This document shows, in pieces, positions 29,301 through 37,510 of a DNA stretch of 64,000 nucleotides; position 1 is the first letter of the stretch; the number at the start of each line of letters is the position of its first letter. Location of the stretch: IMG/VR virus record IMGVR_UViG_2974623298_000001, positions 1 to 64,000 of that record; one strand, 5' to 3'. Both the position numbers and the translations under genes were made by a program. Below the pieces are notes generated by a model. It did not search any database. It was not told the origin of the DNA and was given only the letters and a program-made list of their open reading frames with translations. Source of the stretch: a virus. Lineage: Duplodnaviria; Caudoviricetes.

Positions 29301-30410
29301 ATGTTCGCTATCGCAGCGAAGCCGCCTCTGGATGAGGATACGATCCAGGGCGCAATGGAAGCTGCGAACATCGCAACGGGCAACACTGACGACGCGACCA
29401 CGGCAGCTATCATCAAGGGCATGGATGTCTGGTCCTCGGCCTGGACTCCGGAGATGGTTGACTCCACCAAGGCTGCTACCGATGCCTCGGAGAAGGTGGC
29501 CGACGCTGCGGACAAGCAGAGCTCCAGCACGGTACTGTTGAGCAAGAGCCTCGGCAAGTACGACGCGCAGATTGCATCGCTGTCCAAGGTTCTCACTGCG
29601 TTCTCGAACAGCGCGCAGCAGTCCGTGAAGGTTACGGTCAACGTCACCAACGGTACAGCCACCACTGGCAATACCTCGACGGTGGGCACGAACTCGAAGG
29701 GCGAGCAGACCATTACGGTCGAGCAGCCAACCTTTGAGCAGTGGGCACCGACCCTGAACGCGCTGGCAGACTTCTTCGATACTCTGCCGTACGCGGAGCG
29801 GGACTGGCAGGCCGACAACCCGGTCGCAGGCGAGACCGAGCAGCAGCGCAAGGCTCGTATTGCGCAGAATAACCTGACCAACTTCGCAAAGGGTGGATAC
29901 AATATCCTGCGAGATGTTGGCCCTGTCATGCTGCGTCACACGGCGATCATCGGTACTGCGATCGAGCGGTTGGCAAAGGAAGATGGACCCGCATGGAGTG
30001 CAGCACTTGCGGCCATCGCGGCCAACAACCCCGCTGGTTACGCTGTGGCTGCACTGCTAGCGTTCAAGACGATCGCAACGATGTTGCCTTTGATCCTCGC
30101 CGCGATCATGGACATTGTGCCCGCGTTGATCCGTGCTATCGTTAGGTTCCTCACCCAGTTCATGCCGGATTCAGTGTTCGCTTACGCGGACATGGCAGCA
30201 GCCGAGGCGGCTGTCACTGAACAGCAGGCGGGCGGCGAGGTCGCTATGGGCCAGGGCCAGCGGTACCCAACAGATGCAATGTCAACTGCGAGTGGCAACG
30301 AAAGTATCACACTGAACATGTACGGAGACTTGGTCATGCCGAATGTCAGCGACGGTAGCGATGCAAACGACTTCGTCGAGCAGCTCAAGCTGTTGGCGGC
30401 GGGCTCATGA
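20361..30410 (+). CDS. tape measure protein (3349 aa) with NlpC/P60-like and lytic transglycosylase domains
   Basis: Ala-rich N-terminus, minor-tail core, 44-aa Trp/Phe repeats, YTDCSG motif, QIQSESSGNP...GLLQI motif; follows frameshifted chaperone. Confidence 0.95.
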   Translation: MNTTAANILVTAQARQAQAVLARAQAALRGLQSTAQGANAAQATAANAAAKQIEAAEARKASAAAKASLAIEQANLRQIKSEQAASVAAARSAAAISLSQTKAAGAAEASAAKQAAAAAKMSAAMELSAMKQQAAMAQLTLVQMRQLAQMEAASARQIAADNRAAMSAAKSAAQQAAARESLTIATLRAVAREEAASARKIAADARAALQAQVLANAETGNQNRVVTARLRAAAQTASANAAKINSDNGAAIAAEVAANREMRAAREASLADMDRAMKAQAANARKAASDAQAAVNAQANAIKEAAAMSVADTARIKSAAVAAAENARKIASDAAVANTAAMTAGRESVANAQAAASARIGAQQKVVADAQANASRMNAAAVAAAEASKIAAAEARAAAAAEKAAIQITAAKQREIAANAAATGSNRTWSASMTAAGSRMQWIGRQLSQNFTAPMLLATGIGVKFGLDMEKSMTRLEKVYADQGLIREAEAKGINLVRNEVDALERSFIALSNKYGVQADEVANVAAEWAAAGASGQALAHQTDLTMKTMVLGEMDAEEATKSLIAIQSQWGAVTETNADRMGKLSLGTSGLASDQLSLTTILRQLNAVENETGTTMNDLVVAFSRASGVARTAGLDTAHLAAATAALVPAAGSAAEAGNALKTIISRTLTPTRESAQIMNLMGINTSKAAWQSLNAGQRLEELSRRFGTLTGAQKAQVSASLGSRYQVNKLEVLFSSMANTTGYYHKALAKLANEADVVKIAEDELNTVLESQPQMLKQAGVIIQNSLMKTMVPLIPVVIQLTQWIGKAFDAFSNLPTGVRTTLIGLGLFLATVGPIIIFLGIFKLALGQLTPFFLALGRAILFPVTGLLKFAGLLLKPIAGLAKLRGALALTARAFMLIPATAALMLRVISFAMAGTQAAVVVGMAGVRAAWATAWAAMITFQTVMGIAMTTRQRIIFTIMLAAQNIWAAASLAIQRGWAAASVVVMAAWGAASALAQGVYHAIMLARQRAWHAAALALSVGWATASILIQKAWAAASIILTAAFWKRMWVVFAAGNKGLLSILLAGGKAIVALFASPWAIAIGIVIALIVLFRDQIAQAWNNIVNYFKNLPKETASALSPLANIFIRARNAVVGAFNSLPEGVKGALLKVVAIVRAAAMKVYELFSYLNPFAHHSPSLVENVTNGMAVVNAQFANASRNAQSHIGKLHKSIKQLQDLSSPMQAQNDKAKDDEFRATATKAGAAGSLPAYDALNADVKAAKSYMDQLNKSMEAQEQRLKDIKAGVEAYDAAIEQMNSALEVTKAIQADVNTALDGAKARYDRYANAQIKGTRAAEDALFDNEMAQKRLQLQIAKMQEESGTVDDVTDSYSKLQGEIETLTAKQTELRKAGAGSDVLGTYDKMIADLKSQQSGLMTGGADSPAGKIAALNTSLQALQRQAEIMDLEKSLKFDSLNRKIEQFTNNVEELPYGQIMSGLDASRTSINALQYSYDQLDMVMAGQQARIDATQAQRDALQQTYDSESKRLETVREKYEAVEEAVRSGEEALESFSSASEEVVRRQEEAARAAEEASKKLKKKKGGAGGDSGDELTPGAQNFLEGAAGDFETFGGMSTVGREGAGLDQSAQIDEFTNSLTADLEKQLGGLNPFSGLKNAWNKTVGWFKGMMPGFGDIFKNVGSGIGSAFSSDKNENVKRFGDALSNSVEALKNVWEWIKKGGSIIGKLFGPDLQATLQGLGDGFKTVMDKIGPPLSELGKVAIPFLTTAFQHLSPVIGVFVAALEVVWEVINGAIGPVFSWLGDLISSIIRIITGIVKILMGAMKVIQGVIMVVVGIIKGVIGLFMGEGLSGFSMFGDGLKKIFGGFGDMFGGIVDIVKGIFTAIWSTIKNAVKLIWNVVWGLVKGIIDFFKTMWDVLVGHSIVPDTINAIIDWFKELPSKLPGMVWGLITKVIGFFLKLPIMIGQALIKLGGFLFGAFTSAMAWLLPKLPGFIWNIVKFFAALPFKIIGALVGFGAKLLGWLGQAIAWLVPQLPGIVWNIITFFATLPFKIIGALLGFGAKLFEWAKNAFIWLAQNLPGVIGNVISFFAGLPGKLIGALLGLGAKLFEWAKNAFIWLAQRMPGIVQGIVDYFKELPGNFVRGLGVIGKFLWEWMKRGWDFLVNELPGIVAGFLKWIGGIPGMLLGKLGDGAKVLYNYGKDMIQGLMNGTAGLLKKLGDWFLDKIPGWIKTPFKKALGIASPSKVFAGYGVNIGEGLVKGIGSMQGQVESASVAMAAAADKGEVGGMAISAVADTSSVGGSVSALGDAVAASGPVGVDTAAEPTADIAPMLAAAEAAFDAFDASMKTKMAAFTAAVTVMFAAMVTGVLSSLDQVSIGGTASFTSMQASVVAIVTAMVSTVQAQLALLISHVTQFGLAFTAAWAGAWNAWKDSTTTGVDHTLSEWERMATGMRDITDNSIKPVFDSLALMLTNAETGFGQAVTNIGESWKGLRFGTGEPVNFTITDVYGKGLLPVWNAVADLIGGNKMSPMNPIALATGGFVRGPGTETSDSIPAMLSRGEFVLNARATEAAGVNNLMTFNNLNGRGGPGALQGMFGIGGDMRVHLATGGPADPGSPAWKALARGHEFARRISPGPYSLGGSSGGTNAGYTDCSGFQSEVADVIMGGPGGSRKWATGSFPGGGGAQGGVVNIGNQMWVKGLGAGHSIGISVPHAAGTLGGVPGLPTVNIESGGGTGGGATYGGRATGANDPQFPTQYHLNVIDGMFVPATGGAGASMVDILKGMSDGGLKHMVQLARDYQGKGNAGKVPLLTAQYWDKGTRAKIETEGKRMDAAGPAVAGDIAGVERWRPMVIAALKRNGFAGTKREQDLMLAQIQSESSGNPGAIQQVQDVNSGGNEAAGLLQIAKGTWPGVRDPSLPDDRLNPWANMNGALRYYRQTYGDDLGTHWGKGTGYDSGGVLPPGFTLANNQTGGPEAILTAAQWSAMFAIAAKPPLDEDTIQGAMEAANIATGNTDDATTAAIIKGMDVWSSAWTPEMVDSTKAATDASEKVADAADKQSSSTVLLSKSLGKYDAQIASLSKVLTAFSNSAQQSVKVTVNVTNGTATTGNTSTVGTNSKGEQTITVEQPTFEQWAPTLNALADFFDTLPYAERDWQADNPVAGETEQQRKARIAQNNLTNFAKGGYNILRDVGPVMLRHTAIIGTAIERLAKEDGPAWSAALAAIAANNPAGYAVAALLAFKTIATMLPLILAAIMDIVPALIRAIVRFLTQFMPDSVFAYADMAAAEAAVTEQQAGGEVAMGQGQRYPTDAMSTASGNESITLNMYGDLVMPNVSDGSDANDFVEQLKLLAAGS

Positions 30411-32938
30411 GTCGCATACTGCACAGGCCGAACCAGGCTGTAGACTACGGAACAGTTGAGACCAACGGCGCTGGAAACGTACTCGGCGACAACAACAACG
30501 ACACTCGGAAGCAGTACTACGAGGACTCGGGCAGTATCCTGCTGTACCCGACCTTCGATCCGACCGTCATCCCGCCGGGGCGCGAGATCATTGCCGTGCG
30601 CGCAGGCCATCGCCATGAACAGGGTGGATCGCTGATTGCCCTGCACAACGGTTGGGTCATGGGCTTCCTGCGTGTGTCCAACCAGCGGCTGGCCAACTCG
30701 CGTGCCTATAAGCAGGACGGGTACAGTACGACTGCGCGGGCGGTCGAGGGTCCGGCGATCTACAACTCGGCGTTCAAGCCCTGGCTGGCGTCCGACATCA
30801 ACAAGATGACCACCGATGTCGGCGCAGCCACCGGCGAGTTCGGGCCGAACAAGAAGAAGCTGTGGTGTATTGCTACAGAGGCGTACATCGTTCTGGTTCT
30901 CAACGATGATGTCGCTGTGCCTACGATCAACTACCCAGCGAACAATGCAGTCATTGCGACTAGCTCGGTTGATTTCAAGGGCAACGTCACGGTTACTCAG
31001 GAGGAGCAGCCGGTTGCCTGTGTGTTCCAGGTCAGTCGATCATCCAGCTTCAATGACGACACAGTCGACACTTTCGTTGGTGGACTGGTGCAGACTGCTG
31101 GGCAGACGAGTAACTACGACTCGATTGTGGGCAAGGACTCCTACTCGAACCTGGGTCCAGGCCAGTGGTATGTCCGAGTCAAGGGCAAGGACTACCGTGG
31201 CGTAGAGTCTGCATGGGGTGCGACGACTTCGTTCACCATCACGCACGCAGCACTTCCTGCGCCGCAGATGACCAACCCCGCCGACGATGCAGTGCGCAAC
31301 ACTCCGTACGGATACCGCGAAGCGAACATTCCCAGCACCCCTCCCGGCGAGCGATACGTCGGCATCGAGTGGCAGTTCTGCCAGGCCTCTAACTTCACTG
31401 GCACAATCGTGTCGTGGAAGAACAACAAGGTTGGACGCTACAACGCAGGTGTCATTGGATACTTCTCTGACCCCAACCCCGAGGTGGAGCCGGAGCAATA
31501 CGGAGACAAAGTCTCGACCGACGACCCCGATCAGTACTTGAAGCAGGGCGTATGGTACGCTCGTGCTAGGTGTGTCGACGTATGGAATCAGGCCGGACCT
31601 TGGTCTACGGTTGTCGACTTCACTGTCACTCACCCGCCCGTCGTGAATCAGCCTTGGCCCAGTGGCGGCGCAGGGTTCGACGATGACGCTTTCCCTGTGC
31701 GCTGGCAGTTCGGTGACGCATGGACTGGTGACGCTCAGAGCGCTTACCGCGTGATTGTTCGTGATCCCTCGAACACTACAGTCATCCACGACACCGGCAA
31801 GATTGCGAGTCCCTTCAACAATGTGAAGGTGATCATCCCTGATAACTGGAAAGAGCAGACGCTCAACCTGTCTATCCAGTTGTGGGATCGAGATGATGTA
31901 GCCAGCCCTATATGGACCGGCACCTTCCGGCACTCGACCGCACCAGTCATCACCCTGCCGTACCCAGCGGCCGACGAGGTCGTGATCACCGGCCAGCCGA
32001 ACCTGACCTGGACGGCGGTCTACGCTCCTGGGCAGTCACAGAAGGCTTACCACATCGCGTTCATTCGGCGCGATACAGGTGTGGTTGAGTGGAAGACAAC
32101 CACCACGCAGCTGTCTACCAATAACTTCTGGAACGCACCCTCGGTCATTCTGAAGAACGTCTCGGCATACCAGCTGGCGCTGACAATCACAGACACGCAG
32201 GATTTGTACACCACCCTGCTTCGGAACTTCAGCACAGACTACGTCCGACCTCCGATGATCTACTGCTCCGCGTACGTGAACAACTACGAGGAAGCTGGGT
32301 ACGTACAGATACTGTGGCCAGCTACTGAGGTGGCTCCGCAGTTCGTGGAGTTCCGTTTGTACAGGCGCAACGTTGACATTCCCGGTTCGGACTGGGAACA
32401 TATCGGTACGGTCGCCGATCCAGAGGTCTGGGAGTTTCACGACTGGAGTAGCTCGGGCCACTACCACTACCAGTATGCGATCACGCAGGTCGTCATGCTT
32501 TATGGTGCGCTTGTCGAATCGCTGCCGGACGAGTACGGCGAGTCGCTGCTGATTCAGTCGAGCCACTACTGGCTTATCTCTCCGAATGATGAATCGCTCA
32601 ACACTAAGCTGTACCACATCACCGATGACAAGTACGTTCGTAAGATCGAGAAGTCTCGACACACGATCATTGGTGGCGGAGAGCGATTCAACTTCGGCAA
32701 GCCCATCGGCATCGAGGGTACGCTGTCCGGACAGATCAAGGGTGGCTCGCCGGTGACTGTGCGGCAGGCTCGCGAGCGGATTGAAAGGATGCAGCTGGAG
32801 ATGGCGTACTGCTACCTGCGCGATCCTTTCGGCAACTACACCAAGATCGTGATTGACGACATCTCGATCGGACGTATTGCAGGTGTGGGCACCTCTGAGT
32901 TCGTTGACATCGAGATTCCATACATCGAGGTGAAGTGA
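30407..32938 (+). CDS. minor tail protein (Dit-like with Ig/FN3-like domains)
   Basis: directly after TMP; repeated W.VRV...W beta-sandwich patterns; C-terminal YLRDPFG. Confidence 0.7.
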   Translation: MSRILHRPNQAVDYGTVETNGAGNVLGDNNNDTRKQYYEDSGSILLYPTFDPTVIPPGREIIAVRAGHRHEQGGSLIALHNGWVMGFLRVSNQRLANSRAYKQDGYSTTARAVEGPAIYNSAFKPWLASDINKMTTDVGAATGEFGPNKKKLWCIATEAYIVLVLNDDVAVPTINYPANNAVIATSSVDFKGNVTVTQEEQPVACVFQVSRSSSFNDDTVDTFVGGLVQTAGQTSNYDSIVGKDSYSNLGPGQWYVRVKGKDYRGVESAWGATTSFTITHAALPAPQMTNPADDAVRNTPYGYREANIPSTPPGERYVGIEWQFCQASNFTGTIVSWKNNKVGRYNAGVIGYFSDPNPEVEPEQYGDKVSTDDPDQYLKQGVWYARARCVDVWNQAGPWSTVVDFTVTHPPVVNQPWPSGGAGFDDDAFPVRWQFGDAWTGDAQSAYRVIVRDPSNTTVIHDTGKIASPFNNVKVIIPDNWKEQTLNLSIQLWDRDDVASPIWTGTFRHSTAPVITLPYPAADEVVITGQPNLTWTAVYAPGQSQKAYHIAFIRRDTGVVEWKTTTTQLSTNNFWNAPSVILKNVSAYQLALTITDTQDLYTTLLRNFSTDYVRPPMIYCSAYVNNYEEAGYVQILWPATEVAPQFVEFRLYRRNVDIPGSDWEHIGTVADPEVWEFHDWSSSGHYHYQYAITQVVMLYGALVESLPDEYGESLLIQSSHYWLISPNDESLNTKLYHITDDKYVRKIEKSRHTIIGGGERFNFGKPIGIEGTLSGQIKGGSPVTVRQARERIERMQLEMAYCYLRDPFGNYTKIVIDDISIGRIAGVGTSEFVDIEIPYIEVK

Positions 32939-35172
32939 TGCCTCAGCCACCTCGGGAAGATATTCAGCTCGCGTTCGTTGCGCCTACCGTCCAGGTCATT
33001 CGGCGTATCGAGATCTACGAGCAGGATGGCACTACCCCATGGATGCAAGAGGCGTGGGACGAGCTCCTCATCAATGGCACGGTGAGTCTCGACTACAACC
33101 GCGATGAGCGTCGTGCGCTGGAATGCGAGCTCGACAACTCGTACGGAGACCTCAATCCTGAGAACGGTGGACTCTGGTACGACAAGCGATTCAAGCTGTT
33201 CTACGGGATCGAGCTAGATCAGGATGATCGTGGAGTGCGCGCGGCGATTGTCGAGGAGTACCTCGCCCCAGGACAGGCGGCTGCCATCAAGCAGCACCTG
33301 TCCGCGAATGGCATCAGTCAGGTTCACTTCCTTCCGTCGGCCACCGAGTACGACCACATCAAGGACTACGACGTACTCGTTGCCATCTCGTCGACCAGTC
33401 TGCAGAAGCTGGCATTCTTGACTCAGTGCTACAACAAGGGCAAAGGAATCATTACCTTTGCTAATGACCAGACATCCGCGTCGATGCCGTCTATGATAGG
33501 TAGTGCGGGTGCAGCGACGGTGATCGCTGGCCAGCAGCTTGCCTATGCTCCGGTCGCCGGGGCGTCCGACCTATCCGTGGGGTGGGACGATTGGAGTGCA
33601 GAAGTTGTATCAGACAACATCGTTACCTGGGGAAACCAGGGAACCTTCGAAGGCTTGGCAGAAGGTTCGTGGCCAGGTGGTCACGCTGGGCACACGGTAG
33701 TCACAGTCCAGAATGGCCCCAGGGGCATCCCGACTAAGGTGCTTAATGCTCCGAGTACCGGAAACTATGTCTCGACTCCAGCACTGTTTACCATAACAGC
33801 GCAGCCTGGAGATGAGTACTATTTCGAGGTGTGGGTTCGTAAGCTGACCACAGGCGTAACTGGAGCGCTAGCCTTTGTTCGCCGCACCACTGAGCCGGGA
33901 GGCGCCAACCCGAACTACTCGGGTATCAACCTGAACATGAGTGCCATGGTTCAGAATCAGTGGTACAAAATGTCCGGCACTCTGGTTATCTCGCCCACTC
34001 GCACCATCCTCAATCCGTATCTTCAGGTCGCCAACAACGTTCCAGCGGGAGACGTTATTCAGTGGGATGACATTGTGGTAAGGAAAGTTAATCCCGAGGA
34101 TACATACCGTAAGATACTTGCGCCTGCGGCGGGTGCCACGTCTGTAGCTACACTGAGCGACAGTAACAATGGGGACTCGATTGCCGCCGTCAGCAAGGTA
34201 GGCTCGGCGGGGCAGCGGTGGGTACACACTGTCGCGTCGGATTTCAAGGCCGACAACCTGGGCGGCGAGTACGAGAGTTTCGGCCGCTATGTTTCACGCA
34301 TTGTATCTTGGGCTTCTTCGTACCAGGCCCTCGACTACTGGGAGATTCAGCTCGGCGAATTCATGGCCGACTCGATCTCACTCGGAGGTTCCTATGCAAC
34401 GGTCGCCATATCGGGACGCGATCTCACTAAGCTGTGTCAGCAGTCGAAATTTGTAGCATCGACTACGTTTACAAAGAACACGCCTATTGAGAGTGTCGTC
34501 AAGACCGTCGCAACGAACGCAGGGATTTCCAAGTTCAAACTGCCGATCACCGGCAAAGTCTTAGACAAGGACATGACTTGGGAGCGAGACACTGCTCGCT
34601 GGGATGTGATTCGTGATGTATCAAACTCAAACAGCTACGAGGTATTCTTCGATAACGAAGGGTATCTTGTCATGCGTGAGTTCCGCGATCCGCTCACCAC
34701 TCCGGCCACTCTTGAGCTTAGCGTTGGTGTGGGAGGTAATCTCATATCTCGTGGAGGGAAGACTTCCGACGCAAATCTTTTCAATCACGTTGTTGTTGTT
34801 GGCGAATCTTCTGATTCATCGACTCCACCTGTCTACGCAGAGGCAATTAATTCTGCAGCGACTTCGCCAACCAGCGTGCAGGAGATTGGCGACCGGGTCT
34901 CGATAATCACATCGAGTCTGGTTACCAGTGTCGCACAAGCACAAGAGTACGCCAATGCACTCCTAGCCGTATCGGCACTGGAGGAGTTCGAGCTCTCCTT
35001 TGAGTCGACACTTCTTCCGTGGATCGAGGTCGGCGACATAGTGGAGATGAAGAACTCTGACGATCGTTACTGGGGACCAGACCGTTACTTGATGACGAGC
35101 CTGACGTTCCCGCTCGACCTGAGTCCCATGTCAGGTGCGGGTAAGAGAACGGAAAAGGTGGAGGGTAAGTGA
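32935..35172 (+). CDS. minor tail / hub protein with inserted carbohydrate-binding-like domain
   Basis: W.RD..RW...FFDNEG.LV.R hub motif; internal galactose-binding-like segment ending QWDDIVVRKV. Confidence 0.7.
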   Translation: MMPQPPREDIQLAFVAPTVQVIRRIEIYEQDGTTPWMQEAWDELLINGTVSLDYNRDERRALECELDNSYGDLNPENGGLWYDKRFKLFYGIELDQDDRGVRAAIVEEYLAPGQAAAIKQHLSANGISQVHFLPSATEYDHIKDYDVLVAISSTSLQKLAFLTQCYNKGKGIITFANDQTSASMPSMIGSAGAATVIAGQQLAYAPVAGASDLSVGWDDWSAEVVSDNIVTWGNQGTFEGLAEGSWPGGHAGHTVVTVQNGPRGIPTKVLNAPSTGNYVSTPALFTITAQPGDEYYFEVWVRKLTTGVTGALAFVRRTTEPGGANPNYSGINLNMSAMVQNQWYKMSGTLVISPTRTILNPYLQVANNVPAGDVIQWDDIVVRKVNPEDTYRKILAPAAGATSVATLSDSNNGDSIAAVSKVGSAGQRWVHTVASDFKADNLGGEYESFGRYVSRIVSWASSYQALDYWEIQLGEFMADSISLGGSYATVAISGRDLTKLCQQSKFVASTTFTKNTPIESVVKTVATNAGISKFKLPITGKVLDKDMTWERDTARWDVIRDVSNSNSYEVFFDNEGYLVMREFRDPLTTPATLELSVGVGGNLISRGGKTSDANLFNHVVVVGESSDSSTPPVYAEAINSAATSPTSVQEIGDRVSIITSSLVTSVAQAQEYANALLAVSALEEFELSFESTLLPWIEVGDIVEMKNSDDRYWGPDRYLMTSLTFPLDLSPMSGAGKRTEKVEGK

Positions 35173-37184
35173 ATACAGGGTTCGGCAACTGGGGCAATAG
35201 CGTCAAGGCGCATAGTGTCCTGCGTGAGATTGCCAGGAAAGAAATCGAGCGCCTGCGTCCACCGTCTCGCCTTGCCGAGGTAACCTCTATCGTCCCTGCC
35301 GAGAAGAAGGTGCTGGTCCGGTTCGTCGGCGAGACGAACGTGGTCCCAGTACCGTACACCTCGACAGCTCCTGCGAACGTGGGTCAGTGGGTTCGCATTG
35401 GCGGCACGACTCACGATCGCTACGTCGAAGATGTCATTGGCACAACACTCACTGAGGCGCGACTGGAAACAGCCGAGAGTCGAATCGGCTCACTCATGGA
35501 GAGTGTTGTCGGCGAGGGCTGGGAAGATGAGGACGATGGGGAGCCGGGAACCTTCACCGGCATCATTAGTCAGTACTTCGGCGACATCGAGGGCAACGCT
35601 ACCGAGGCCCTCGGCCTGGCCGGACAGGCGGATACGAAAGCTGATCAGGCTCAGACGACTGCCGACCAGGCGAACACCGTTGCGGGCCAGGCTCAGACAA
35701 CCGCTGGTCAGGCACAGACGACTGCAGATCAGGCGAACACTACTGCTGGACAGGCGCAGACGATTGCTGATCAGGCGAATGCTGCCGTCGGTGGGGCTGT
35801 AACTGCGGCTGAGGAAGCTGACGAGAAGGCGACACTCGCACAGGAGATCGCCGGTCACATCACTGACAATATCAATGCCCTGGGTCAGGGTGTTGCAGCT
35901 GGTGTAGATGAGGTTGCGCAGGTCTTCAACACCATCGCTGGCATCTTCACGACAGCAAACACTGCTGAGCAAAAGGCTGTGGATGCGCAGACAGCTTTGC
36001 AGAACCTGATCAACCAGAACGAAGGCGCCGCAGCTGGTGGTCGATCTGGGCAGGATAACTTTGATCGACCGAACTCAGCAACACTTGGAAGCGGCTGGGT
36101 CTCTACTGGGTATGGAAATATCCGGGCAAACATTGACGCCAGTGGTCGAGTTAACTTCCCTTATAACACCAGTCCCAGTGGTGATGAGGGTGGTCTTATG
36201 TACCACCAGTGGAACGGCGAAGTATCGGTTGGTGACTACTTCCAGAGCACGATCGTATTCGGTACCGCGTTCAGTGGCAATGGCAACCCTGTGGCGTACC
36301 TGTTCAACCGCTGGGATGGACTGTTCGGAACCGCCAATGGGATCAACACTACACCACTGAACTGCTGGGCAGTTCGCATCACTCGAGCGGGCGGTCTGAC
36401 TCTATACCGAGTTGTCAATGGTGTGATGACTTCTGTGGGTACGGGTGATGTAGCCAACATCACCTCTGGTGACGCTATCTCACTGCGGTGTGGTTCACTT
36501 GCTGGTCCAGGTAACATTTCTGTTGTGGTCAATGGCAATGTCGAGATAGCACACCCCGATCCGGGCGTAGGCATGATTGGCGCTGCTTATCGTAAGCACG
36601 GATTCTCTGGCTATGCAGAGAATCAGGGCTTCCTGGGATGGCAGCAGCCTGCGAGTATTGCTTCGTACAACTGGTCTGACATTCCCGGTGGCGGCATTCT
36701 GCTCGGCAAGGGATTCAGGTTCGCACGAACTTCAACCACTCAGTTCAACATGGTGCAGAGCGCCCAAGTGCCGGCCAGCACTTTCCAGACTGCTGTATAC
36801 AGTGAGTCGTGCAAGCCTCTGGCGGGTTCAACACTCAATGCTACCAGGGGCGAGTTCGCTATTCCTTTCGAGGGTTGGTGGAACTTTACGTTCGGATTCT
36901 ATGGACAGACTCCTACTATCACTGCCAACACCAATCGTCGAGTTGATGTTGTAATGTACAATGGCCAGGGAGCCTTGTCTACAGCTATACCCATAGGATC
37001 GAGTCGTCATCAGCAGGGCTCCACCGCCGCTCGAGCGACGGTGCACGAGGCACACACGTTCCGAAAGTACTGCCTAGTAGGCGAGCGTGTGGCTCCAGGC
37101 TTTGGGGCCGAGCGACTCGATTACATGAATGCCGACGCTGGCGGACATACCTGTTATTTCAGTGGAGTACTAGAGACCCCTTAG
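35169..37184 (+). CDS. tail fibre / receptor-binding protein
   Basis: heptad repeat stalk, DNFDR-type ConA-like domain, beta-rich C-terminus. Confidence 0.7.
   Translation: MNTGFGNWGNSVKAHSVLREIARKEIERLRPPSRLAEVTSIVPAEKKVLVRFVGETNVVPVPYTSTAPANVGQWVRIGGTTHDRYVEDVIGTTLTEARLETAESRIGSLMESVVGEGWEDEDDGEPGTFTGIISQYFGDIEGNATEALGLAGQADTKADQAQTTADQANTVAGQAQTTAGQAQTTADQANTTAGQAQTIADQANAAVGGAVTAAEEADEKATLAQEIAGHITDNINALGQGVAAGVDEVAQVFNTIAGIFTTANTAEQKAVDAQTALQNLINQNEGAAAGGRSGQDNFDRPNSATLGSGWVSTGYGNIRANIDASGRVNFPYNTSPSGDEGGLMYHQWNGEVSVGDYFQSTIVFGTAFSGNGNPVAYLFNRWDGLFGTANGINTTPLNCWAVRITRAGGLTLYRVVNGVMTSVGTGDVANITSGDAISLRCGSLAGPGNISVVVNGNVEIAHPDPGVGMIGAAYRKHGFSGYAENQGFLGWQQPASIASYNWSDIPGGGILLGKGFRFARTSTTQFNMVQSAQVPASTFQTAVYSESCKPLAGSTLNATRGEFAIPFEGWWNFTFGFYGQTPTITANTNRRVDVVMYNGQGALSTAIPIGSSRHQQGSTAARATVHEAHTFRKYCLVGERVAPGFGAERLDYMNADAGGHTCYFSGVLETP
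35619..35786 (+). repeat. eight degenerate 21-bp tandem repeats (A[G/D]QA[Q/N]TT heptads)
   Basis: e.g. gctgatcaggctcagacgact, gccgaccaggcgaacaccgtt, gctggtcaggcacagacgact. Confidence 0.85.
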
Positions 37185-37193
37185 GAGGGTACA

Positions 37194-37460
37194 ATGATTG
37201 AGCAGCAAACAGTAACGTTCGACACTCTGCCCGGAGTGACGATACGCCTGACTCGTGGACACGAGGAGTACGGCGACGACTTCATCACAGCAGAGGCGTT
37301 CGACCAGAACATGAACATCATTCCCGGCGGTGGAGGTGGGTTCAGAGGTCCATCACCTCAGGCCCCGGTGATTGTGGAGCCGGACCCCGAACCAGAGTCC
37401 GAGGCCCCCGATGTGCCACCCGAGGAGGTGTTGTACGCCAGCGAAGAGGGTAATGCTTGA
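37194..37460 (+). CDS. small tail-associated hypothetical protein
   Basis: 88 aa, RBS AGGAGG. Confidence 0.7.
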   Translation: MIEQQTVTFDTLPGVTIRLTRGHEEYGDDFITAEAFDQNMNIIPGGGGGFRGPSPQAPVIVEPDPEPESEAPDVPPEEVLYASEEGNA

Positions 37461-37486
37461 CCTGTAGTACCAACGCCTGCTATCAT
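37457..37486 (+). promoter_or_regulatory. SigA-like promoter for the lysis cassette
   Basis: TTGACC-N18-TATCAT; spacer contains TAGTACCAACG. Confidence 0.7.
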
Positions 37487-37510
37487 GGGCACATCTTACC
37501 AGGAGGTAGT

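Noticed and set aside
35169-37184. Diversity-generating retroelement targeting the fibre
   Set aside because: No reverse transcriptase and no TR/VR near-duplicate pair seen.
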